Shown here piece by piece: positions 19,119 through 27,325 of a DNA stretch of 64,000 nt. Under the pieces are notes generated by a model that saw only the letters and a program-made list of their open reading frames with translations, was not told where the DNA came from and made no database searches. The stretch's first letter is position 1. Each line of letters opens with the position of its first letter. Source of the stretch: an uncultured delta proteobacterium (GTDB lineage Bacteria; Myxococcota_A; Polyangia; Polyangiales; Polyangiaceae); NCBI GenBank assembly GCA_963841435.1, contig CAWJCS010000005.1, positions 352,001-416,000 on the forward strand. Direction: 5' to 3'. The position numbers and the translations under genes were made by a program.

Positions 19119-19925
19119 ATGAACGTGAACGGAACCATACTCTTGACGCGCAAGGCGCTCGTGACCCGAAAGTTCGGTGCAGAGGCATGGCATGGGCTAT
19201 TTCGGGACACGGCCCTCAACCACCACTGCTTCCGCCGGCCGATCACCGGGAACAGCAACGTTCCGCTCGGCGATTTCCTCGCGTTCCACGACGAGCTCGT
19301 TCGGCGCTTCTACCCTGACGGCAAGCAGGGGCTGCTGGAGCTCGGCGCAGAGGCAGCGCGCTGGGTCCACGTTGACGGTCCGCTCAAGCACTACATCGCG
19401 GACCCTGACATCAATTCGTTGCTGGGGACCATGTTAACGCTTTGGCAGCAGTACTTTCCAGACGCCGGCGTTCGCTGCGAGGCGAGCCTCAGCGATGGCG
19501 GGCTGGAATACAGAGTTTACGATCTTCCAGCGTGGCACCCGTACTTCGAGCACCTCGTGGTCGGCTACCAAAAAGCGCTGCTGGAAATCTACTGCGCGAA
19601 CCCGGTCTCGACTCATCGCCTGACCGGGGGACGCGGGCGGGCCTATGGCTACTTGCTCGCGACGGATCCGCTGGCGGGCGCCGCGGTTTCCGAGCCCGGA
19701 GTCCGGAAACCGCGCCAGCTGCGAACACCGAAACGCATTACCGAGCGCGAGCTGGAAGTCTTGCGGTTCGTCGGCACCGGGAAGACCAACCGCGAGATCG
19801 CGTTCCTGCTCGGCATTTCCGAGAAGACCGTCGAGCACCACGTTACTCACGCCTACGACAAGCTCGGCCTCTACAGCCGCGTCGGGGCGGCGTCCTGGTT
19901 GGCAGAGCAAGGGCTCGCTGACTGA
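19119..19925 (+). CDS. LuxR-type HTH regulator with a myxobacterial N-terminal sensor-like domain
   Basis: C-terminal ITERELEVLRFVGTGKTNREIAFLLGISEKTVEHHVTHAYDKLG; N-terminus resembles DUF2378/TIGR02265-like proteins. Confidence 0.8.
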   Translation: MNVNGTILLTRKALVTRKFGAEAWHGLFRDTALNHHCFRRPITGNSNVPLGDFLAFHDELVRRFYPDGKQGLLELGAEAARWVHVDGPLKHYIADPDINSLLGTMLTLWQQYFPDAGVRCEASLSDGGLEYRVYDLPAWHPYFEHLVVGYQKALLEIYCANPVSTHRLTGGRGRAYGYLLATDPLAGAAVSEPGVRKPRQLRTPKRITERELEVLRFVGTGKTNREIAFLLGISEKTVEHHVTHAYDKLGLYSRVGAASWLAEQGLAD

Positions 19926-19991
19926 AAGAGCGTCCGCCCGGCGTGGCGGCCCGTCGCCCGTTCTAAAACTGCTTGAAGGCGTCAACGACCA

Positions 19992-21088
19992 TCACTGAGC
20001 GATGCAGTGCTCCTGCATCACCGCCCAAACTGCTTGTCCCACCGCGTTGCCACCCTCGGTGGTCGGATGAATGCCATCTCCCTGCATGTACTCCGGATAG
20101 TGCCCTTCGAAGACGGGCCGGAGGTCGATGAAGTGGCACTGGGGTGCGGTCAGCCCGTCGCAGAGGGCTTTCATTTGCGGGCGTTCCTCGTCGAGGCACT
20201 TCCGAAGGGAAGTGCCCGCTCCGTAGCTGCCCTGCGTGTCGGGATAGAAGAAGTACACGACGTGCTCGGTGTCGTTCTCCGCCATGGTCTGGAAAAGCGA
20301 GGTTCCCGCGGTCACGGCTGCGTCCGGGTTGTTGTTCAGCAGGCAGTCGTTCCCGCCACCATTCATCAGCACCACTTTGATCGGACCCTGGTTGACGGCG
20401 CCCGTGTACTGGCTGGGGATCTGATTGTTGGCGAGCGTCGTGCCGCTTACAGACTTGTCTTGATAGTTTTCGTTTTGCTCGAGCGCCCCGGCAGCGCGAG
20501 CCAATCTCTCGACCTCGTTCGTGATCGCATGATTGATCGCGATGAACGAGTCGCCAATGACGAGCACCTCGTTACCCGCGACCAGACCCTTTTGACACGT
20601 TCCGCTCCCACCTGCCGCGCCGCCCGTCCCGCCGGAGCCGGAGGTCGCGCCCGAAGTGCCGCCGCCCGACGCGCCACCGGCTGGCATTCCGCCCGCCGGA
20701 GCACCTGCTCCGCCTTGGGAAGCTCCGCCGCCTTGGATCCCCCCGACGCGGAGGCGCCGCCAATACTGCCGCCTTGGCCTCCGGTGGCCGCGCCCGAGAC
20801 ACCTCCAGAGGTGGTACCTGCACTCCCGGAACCTCCTCCCTTACCGGCGGCTGAACTACCAGCGGCTGAACCACCGACGCCGACTGAGCCTCCCGCTCCC
20901 GCGGACCCGCCGGAATGGGTACCGGCGCTCGCATTGCCAGCACCGCTCCCGATGCCGGCGGATGCGCCTCCTGTCCCCGCCGAACCCGCGGTGCTCGCTC
21001 CTCCGCTTCCACCAGTTCCCGGGGGCTGATTGTCGCCACTGCAGGCCGAAGTGGTGAGCATCACCACGGCAGCGATAACGCGTTTCAT
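19992..21088 (-). CDS. SGNH/GDSL hydrolase lipoprotein (frameshift at about 20735)
   Basis: MKRVIAAVVMLTTSAC; Gly linker; IGDSF, GGGND, DGIHP. Confidence 0.85.
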
Positions 21089-21555
21089 GTTGGCTCCTGA
21101 TGGGTACATCGGCATTGTGTGGTCGCGAGCCGCCCTGCGCGCCGGACCTACAGTGAGTCTGTACCCGCGCGCAGGATTCCCGGCATGGGGGAAGGTCCCT
21201 ACCGATGGCATCCACCGGCCCGCGTCCTCAGCGCGTCAGCCTCCCCTGGCCCGGGCGCAGCCTTGCTCGCCCAAAAGGTCGTCGATCCGCGCGCTGGATC
21301 AGAAAAGTGAAACGCTTCGGGACGTCTCAGGCGGATCGACTGACGCTGAGCTGGGGAGATCCCCCTATTGCAGAAGATATGTCTTCTTTCGGAGGACTCT
21401 ACCGCTCGGCCCGTTACCAACCCGTTGCAACCACCAAGCGATCTTCGAGTGCCTTCCCGTGCCGTCAGCGGCCACCCTCCTTGGCCGGGTGCGCGCGACC
21501 GGCGACAAGCTCTCCGTGAGCTGACATCGCGGCCACGCGAGGGTAGACTTGGGAG

Positions 21556-21858
21556 ATGCTTCCGCCCACGAGCTCCAAGCTTCTGGATCCGAACGCGGTG
21601 CCATACTTCTTGTGGGACGACCACATGACCGTAGCGCGGGCGCGGGCCATCCTTTCGGCCTCCGAAACACGACCCCGCGACGAGCTTATCGCTCGCATTC
21701 TACGCGAAGCGAACACGCGAGACGTGTGGGTCTTTTTGGATTGGAGCATGATCGACGAAGCATGGCCCCGCATTGAAATGCGCCTCGGTCGCGCCCGCGG
21801 GATGTGGACTCTGCTGCGGTCGCGTCACCTCGAGAATGTCCGTGTCCCGGCTGCCTAG
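21556..21858 (+). CDS. putative antitoxin partner of the AbiEii-type toxin
   Basis: 100-aa ORF (PYFLWD...ARILREA..DVW.F) overlapping the toxin start. Confidence 0.65.
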   Translation: MLPPTSSKLLDPNAVPYFLWDDHMTVARARAILSASETRPRDELIARILREANTRDVWVFLDWSMIDEAWPRIEMRLGRARGMWTLLRSRHLENVRVPAA

Positions 21859-22483
21859 CCTCGTCGAACAGTTGGTGCTCGCTGCTCAGGCCGCGTGCCC
21901 GGATCTGCGGCTTGCCGGTGGCGCGGGACTGGCGCTGCTCCTTGAGCATAGGCGTTCGGACGATATCGACTTGTTCTGTTCGAACTCGGAGGACGTGGAG
22001 ATCGTTGCCCAGACGCTGGAAGCCGAAGCTCGCGCGCGAGGGGCGACGCTCGCTCGCGTGCGAAAGGGGCCCACCTTCGTCCGCTTTGAGGGCTACGGAG
22101 AGGGCGCGCCGCTTCGCGTCAACGTTGCCCAAGACGCTGCGCCCCGCATCACTGCCGGTGCCGTCGTGGTTGGGGGCATCAAAGTCGAGTCGCTCCAAGA
22201 TCAGCGCGCGAACAAGCTCTCGGCCGTTCTTGGCCGGTCGGCTCTCCGTGATCTCGTCGACCTTTACTTTCTTTCGAAGGCCGGCTGGCCGCCGCTCGAC
22301 GGGCTGTCCGAGGCAGCTACGAAGGAGGGTGGCATGGATCCGGGCTGGCTTGCTTGGGCGCTATCGCAGATCGAAATCACGCCACTTCCAGGCATGATCG
22401 TCGAACTCGACAGCGACGACCTGCGACAATTCCGCGACGATTTGGTGGGCAAGCTCCTCGACGCTGCGGGAGCACGAGTCTGA
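21836..22483 (+). CDS. nucleotidyltransferase, AbiEii/AbiGii toxin family
   Basis: LAGGAGLAL..HRRSDDIDLF, ANKLSAVLGR, RDLVDLY. Confidence 0.85.
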   Translation: MSVSRLPSLVEQLVLAAQAACPDLRLAGGAGLALLLEHRRSDDIDLFCSNSEDVEIVAQTLEAEARARGATLARVRKGPTFVRFEGYGEGAPLRVNVAQDAAPRITAGAVVVGGIKVESLQDQRANKLSAVLGRSALRDLVDLYFLSKAGWPPLDGLSEAATKEGGMDPGWLAWALSQIEITPLPGMIVELDSDDLRQFRDDLVGKLLDAAGARV

Positions 22484-22497
22484 GCTCGACGCTGCGA

Positions 22498-22570
22498 TGG
22501 TGCGCGCATGTGGTGCTCGCAAGGAACGGCGGACACAAACTCCACCGCTCTTCCGCTGAGCTACGGGCGC
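22498..22570 (-). pseudogene. tRNA-Arg-derived pseudo-tRNA / tRNA-like element
   Basis: First 30 nt are 29/30 identical to the tRNA-Arg at 54890; D arm and anticodon stem are kept; no canonical T arm. Confidence 0.7.
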
Positions 22571-22935
22571 GGAACTTCGAGTTCGCACGACATTTGGCAC
22601 AGTAGCGGGGGTGGTTCAAACGTGGGCGAGCGACGCCCCGTGGTTCTCGCGGCGGCGAGCCGCGAAGGGGCGGAAAATCGCGTGGGGAAGTGGCTCGCAC
22701 CCGGGCACAGCGTCGTGCTGCCGTCGCCGGTTCGGCTACGACGACCGAACGTCTCCTCCGACGTGATCAAGTTCTTTCGTTTCCGGGATCAGGTCCGCCT
22801 AGCGTCGGAGGGCAGTCGCGGGGACTTGTTTTTTGAGCGCTCCTTAGCGGGTGATCACGGGTCGACGTGTGTTGCGTACGAGCGTTGCACCGGCACACGC
22901 CCGTGGGCGCGTTCGACAGCGGCAGTGCGCTACCG

Positions 22936-23091
22936 GGCGGCGGGGAGATGGGGGAGCTGATTCGCGCGCTCGATTGGTCGCGTACGCCGATTGGCGCCGT
23001 CGAGACCTGGTCGCCGGCGTTGAAGATGATGGTGCGGTTCCTGCTGGCGAATCGCTTCCCGATGCTCCTCTGGTGGGGACCGCGGGGATGA
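22936..23091 (+). pseudogene. N-terminal fragment of a PAS-type sensor histidine kinase
   Basis: GGEMGELIRALDWSRTPIGAVETWSPALKMMVRFLLANRFPMLLWWGP, then a stop. Confidence 0.75.
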
Positions 23092-23416
23092 TCGGATTTT
23101 CGATGTGTGCGCGCGACGTGATAGCCGGCTGGCGCCGGGTCGCCGGGCTGCCACCCGCGCGTGCGCTCCCGAGCGGCGGACTGCGCCGCGCCAACGCGCC
23201 CGAACGACGACACCAGGAGCAGCGCGCTCGCAGCGGCGAAAGACTGCGTCGCGATCCGTCGCCCGCATCTCGCCACCGGCGCTCTTCCCGTCAAGCCCGA
23301 AAAGCATAGCGCGCGCCGCCAACGCCTCCACGGGTTTCAGCCGGGCCTAGGCGCACACCTTGCGATTGTCGCGGCCGCCGTCCCCGTCCGGCAGCGGGAC
23401 CATCACGGACGCGGAA

Positions 23417-23495
23417 GACATGGAAGACGTGGCGCGCCGCACGGCCACCCGCATCGAGAAAGTCCTCCGAGCAACTGGCCGTATCTTCGAGCCGC
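23417..23495 (+). pseudogene. internal fragment of a diverged ISCR transposase
   Basis: DMEDVARRTATRIEKVLRATGRIF vs DVEDVARRTAARIEKILRASGRTF in the intact transposase. Confidence 0.75.
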
Positions 23496-23616
23496 CCGAC
23501 GGCTGCGCTCGCGACGGAGCCGTACACGACGCTCGGCTGGTCTCGATGCGCGTCTCCGGCCCCGGCTTCGCCGAGGGCCGTGCTCGACTTGCGTCAGCGC
23601 GCCCTTTCGGGCGCGC

Positions 23617-23631
23617 CGGAGAGGGCGGGAT
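23617..23631 (-). repeat. direct repeat of the tRNA-Ser 3' end (att-like scar)
   Basis: CGGAGAGGGCGGGAT is identical to 23785-23799. Confidence 0.7.
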
Positions 23632-23717
23632 GCGCGGCGGGGTTCGATGAGGGGCCGTCGGGTCGAACCCGCCTCGATGCAGCTCGACGAGCATGAGGCC
23701 CGACAGCGGGCCGCGAC

Positions 23718-23733
23718 GGTTCGAATCCCGCCC
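23718..23733 (+). repeat. inverted copy of the tRNA-Ser T arm
   Basis: GGTTCGAATCCCGCCC is the exact reverse complement of 23791-23806. Confidence 0.7.
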
Positions 23734-23784
23734 GAGCGACGGGAGGCTTGGGGCGGGAACGGTGGGGGCTGTTTTGGAACGTTG

Positions 23785-23872
23785 CGGAGAGGGCGGGATT
23801 CGAACCCGCGGTAGGCTTTTGGCCTACGCCCGCTTAGCAAGCGGGTACCTTCGGCCACTCGGTCACCTCTCC
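23785..23872 (-). tRNA. tRNA-Ser(GCT)
   Basis: GGAGAGG acceptor stem, anticodon arm CCCGC-TTGCTAA-GCGGG, long variable arm, GGTTCGAATCC; CCA not encoded. Confidence 0.97.
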
Positions 23873-23967
23873 GGTTTCCGCCTGGCGGCTGCCGGAAGGT
23901 AGCCGGGCGTGCCCTCACGTCAAGCGGCAGGATCGCTTCGACCCGGGAGTTCCGCTATACGCCGCCG

Positions 23968-25530
23968 GTGCTGCTTGCCGCCGCCGTGGCCTTTGCTGCC
24001 GTCGGGCTCGGGCTGTTGCTCGGGCTTGCGCCGGCCGCCCGGGTGCAGCTTTCGGGGCCCCTCCGGACGTTTGCGCTGGCGGCAGCGCTCGGGGTCGTGG
24101 TTTCGCACCTCCTGCCCGAAGCGTTCGCCAAGCTCGGCGCGCCGGGGCTCTACATTTTCGCGGCAACCATCGCCGTCCCCGGCTGGATGCGTGTCGTTTC
24201 GCGGCTCGTCGGGAGCGCACCGCACGGCGGACACGGGCACGTGGGCTTGAAGGCCGGCTACCTCGGGCTCCTCGTGCACCACGTGGGCGACGGGCTCGGG
24301 CTCGGTGCCTACGGGTCACTCCCCGGGGGCGCTCTGGCCCACGCCGACGTGCTGCTCGCGCTCGCCGTGCACACCGTGCCGCTCGTCGCCGTCGTGACGC
24401 TGGCGTTCCGCGCGTGGGCGGGCACGCGGGCGGCAGTGATGGCGAGCGCGGGGCTCGCGGTCGCGAGCCTGGTGGGCGTGGGGGCCTCGGGCTTCGTGCC
24501 GGCGGACACCCTCGAGTCCATCTCGGGGTACGTCGCTGCCGGCGTCGCGGCGTTGCTCGTACACGTCGTGACGCACGATCTCAATCGCGATCTGCCGTCG
24601 GACACCCGCTCGCGCACCATCGACGCACTGGCAGCGGTGCTTGGCGTCGCAACGGCGCTCGTCGGTGGCGAGCCGGAGCTTTTCGCGCTGCGCGTGGAGC
24701 TCGGGCGACTCTTGCTCGACGAGCTCTTGCCGCTCGCGCCGGCACTCGTGCTGGCGGTTCTCGCGTCGACCCTGCTCGCGCGCACGTCGAGCGAAGCGGC
24801 GCTCCGGTGGCTCCGACCGATGCCGTCGCCGGCCTTCGGGCTCGATGGGGTGCTCGCCGCGTTCGCCCTGGGTGGTGCGCGCTTCGGAGCCCTGTTTTTC
24901 GTGGGGCTTTTGCTGGTGACGCGAGCCGTGGCGCTGCGCGGCGGCGGCGCTTCCAGTGCCTTCGTCGAGGCATCCGAGCCCTTCTCCACGGCGGCGCTCG
25001 GGCGCCTCGGACGGCTCGCGCCGGGGGTCGCGACAGGGCTGCTCGTGGCGGGTCTCGTGCGGCTCCTGCCGGACGCTGCGCTCGCCGACTTGCCGCGCGC
25101 CGTGGCGCTCGTCGCGGTGCTCGCCGTCGCGCTGCCCTCGGGAATGAATGCGGCCTCGGCCGTGCTCGTGACGCTCGCGCTCGTCAATCGCGGGCTCGCA
25201 CCGGGCGTCGCTCTCGGGTTCGCGCTCGTCGCCGCTGCGCCGACGCTCGCGGCGCTCGAGGCCGGGCACGGAGTGCGCGGGCGCGCGCTGTGGACGCTCG
25301 GCGCGACCCTGCTGGTCGGGCTCGGCGTCGGCTGGGGAAGCGCGGGGGCGTTCGCGCTGCCGCCGCCGTTGCCCGAGGCGGCGTCGTACGCGGCGCTCGC
25401 GGCGCTCGTGCCCGCGCTCGCTTTCGTCGCATTCCAGCGGGGCGTGCGAGGGCTCCTGCTCGCCGTCGTGCCGTCGCACGACTCGGCGGAGCCACCCGCG
25501 CGCCACGCGCACGACGTCAGCGCAGCGTGA
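23968..25530 (+). CDS. ZIP-like divalent metal transporter with an extra permease-like C-terminal half
   Basis: HLLPEA, His-rich loop PHGGHGH, HHVGDG, AVHTVP; many transmembrane segments. Confidence 0.65.
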   Translation: MLLAAAVAFAAVGLGLLLGLAPAARVQLSGPLRTFALAAALGVVVSHLLPEAFAKLGAPGLYIFAATIAVPGWMRVVSRLVGSAPHGGHGHVGLKAGYLGLLVHHVGDGLGLGAYGSLPGGALAHADVLLALAVHTVPLVAVVTLAFRAWAGTRAAVMASAGLAVASLVGVGASGFVPADTLESISGYVAAGVAALLVHVVTHDLNRDLPSDTRSRTIDALAAVLGVATALVGGEPELFALRVELGRLLLDELLPLAPALVLAVLASTLLARTSSEAALRWLRPMPSPAFGLDGVLAAFALGGARFGALFFVGLLLVTRAVALRGGGASSAFVEASEPFSTAALGRLGRLAPGVATGLLVAGLVRLLPDAALADLPRAVALVAVLAVALPSGMNAASAVLVTLALVNRGLAPGVALGFALVAAAPTLAALEAGHGVRGRALWTLGATLLVGLGVGWGSAGAFALPPPLPEAASYAALAALVPALAFVAFQRGVRGLLLAVVPSHDSAEPPARHAHDVSAA

Positions 25531-27325
25531 GCGCGAACGGCAGCGCGGCGACCACGGTTTCGCCCGCGAGCAGCGGACCGAGAGCGGCGGCGAACGGGCG
25601 GAGCTCGGCGGGAAGTGCCTCGAGCGAAAGGCTCGGCCGCGCGCGGAGATCGGCGAGCGCCGCGGCGATGTGGGATTCGTCGGCGCCTTCGTCGAGGTTC
25701 AACAGGTCGAGCAGCCCTTCGGCCGGGCCGACGACGGCGACCGGCGCCTTGTCCGGCAACCCCCCGAGCCTGCGCGCCGCTCGAATGGCGGCTTCGAGCC
25801 CGCCAATCTCGTCGACGAGGCCGCGCTCGAGACCCTGCGGTCCGCTCCAGATGCGGCCCTCCGCGCTCGCGCGCACGCGCTCGGCCGGCATCTTTCGCCC
25901 TTCGGCGACGCGCGCCACGAAGAGATCGTAGATACCCTGCATGAGCGCCCGCACGCGCCCGCGCGTCGGCTCGTCCCAGGCAATGAGCGGCGACAGGTAG
26001 GCCGCGCGCTCGGCGGCGCCCGGCGCCGTGCTCGCCGGAAACGTGACGTTGTTCACGCCGATTTGCTCGAGCGCCGGGCCGAGCACGACCTTGCCCCCGA
26101 ACACGCCGATCGACCCGACGATGCTCGAGTGCTCGGCGAAGATGCGCTGCGTGCCCGAGGCGATGTAGTACCCGCCACTCGCCGCCATGCCGCCGACCGA
26201 GGCGACCACGGGTTTCTTCTTCCTGAGCTCCATGAGCTCGTGCCAGATGAGATCGCTCGCGAGCGGCGAGCCGCCCGGCGAATCGATGCGCAGCACGACG
26301 GCCTTGGCGGCATCGTCATGCTGTAGCTTGCGCAGCACCTTCACGAAGGCATTCGACGTGATGCCGCTGGCGCCGAAAACACCCCCCGATGCCACTGAAA
26401 TGGCGCCCTGCGCGGGGACGACGGCAACGTGCGGGCGATTGCCCACACCGTCGTTCGCACCCGAGAGTACGCGCACCACCTCGGCGAAATCGAGACCATG
26501 GTCGGCGCCGCTCTTCGGTCCGAACGCCACCTCGAGGGCGTCGACCTTGGCGTGCTTCTTGGCGTCGGCGAGCGCGTCGGACTCGTAGCCCACCGCGTCG
26601 ACGAGACCGCGTGCCTTGGCTTCGACGGGGCTGAAAGGCCCGCTCTCGAGTGCTTCGAGCGCCGTCGGCGGCACCTTCGCGTCAACGGCGAGCCACCCTT
26701 CGCGGATCGAGCCGAGCGTGCTCTCGAGCGACTCGCGCGCCTCCTTACTCGGCCCCTCGTTGGTGAGCGGTTCGGGTCCGCTCTTGAAGCGCCCCACGTG
26801 CAAGAAATCCACTTCCACCTTGAGGCGATCGAAGAGCCCCTTCAGGTACACGACCTGCGCGGCGATACCCACGGTCTCCGCCTCGCCCGCCGCTCCGAGC
26901 CAACGCCGCGTGCAGCCCCTGAGCGCGAGCGACGCCGTGGCGTTCGACAGGCCCTCGGCATGGCAAACGACGGGCACCCCCTTCTTCGCGAATCGCGCGA
27001 GCATCCCGCCAATCTCCTCGGCCTGCGCAAGATCGAGCGTTGCGCCCGAGAGGCTCACGAACACGCCTTTCGTGGTGTCCTTGTCGAGGCCCTGCTCGAG
27101 CGCTCGAACGAGGCCCGTGTACGTGCGTGACGCCGGCAACTGGAAGAGGCCGCCCGAAAGGGCTTCGGGAGCGCCGGCCCCGAGATCGATCTGGAGGATG
27201 CGCGGATCACCGGTGCCGGGCGAAGGCGTGCTCGTGCCGTCCGCGCTCGCGTAGGAGCGCGGGCGCGGCGTGCACGCGATCGACACGACGACGAGCGCGG
27301 CAAGCGCGACCCGTTTTCGCTTCAC
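25517..27325 (-). CDS. sppA: signal peptide peptidase SppA (S49), long form
   Basis: LRIDSPGGS, MAASGGYYIA, GSIGV, EGRIWSG, GLVDEIGG; two S49 halves. Confidence 0.9.
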   Translation of the reverse strand: MKRKRVALAALVVVSIACTPRPRSYASADGTSTPSPGTGDPRILQIDLGAGAPEALSGGLFQLPASRTYTGLVRALEQGLDKDTTKGVFVSLSGATLDLAQAEEIGGMLARFAKKGVPVVCHAEGLSNATASLALRGCTRRWLGAAGEAETVGIAAQVVYLKGLFDRLKVEVDFLHVGRFKSGPEPLTNEGPSKEARESLESTLGSIREGWLAVDAKVPPTALEALESGPFSPVEAKARGLVDAVGYESDALADAKKHAKVDALEVAFGPKSGADHGLDFAEVVRVLSGANDGVGNRPHVAVVPAQGAISVASGGVFGASGITSNAFVKVLRKLQHDDAAKAVVLRIDSPGGSPLASDLIWHELMELRKKKPVVASVGGMAASGGYYIASGTQRIFAEHSSIVGSIGVFGGKVVLGPALEQIGVNNVTFPASTAPGAAERAAYLSPLIAWDEPTRGRVRALMQGIYDLFVARVAEGRKMPAERVRASAEGRIWSGPQGLERGLVDEIGGLEAAIRAARRLGGLPDKAPVAVVGPAEGLLDLLNLDEGADESHIAAALADLRARPSLSLEALPAELRPFAAALGPLLAGETVVAALPFALTLR

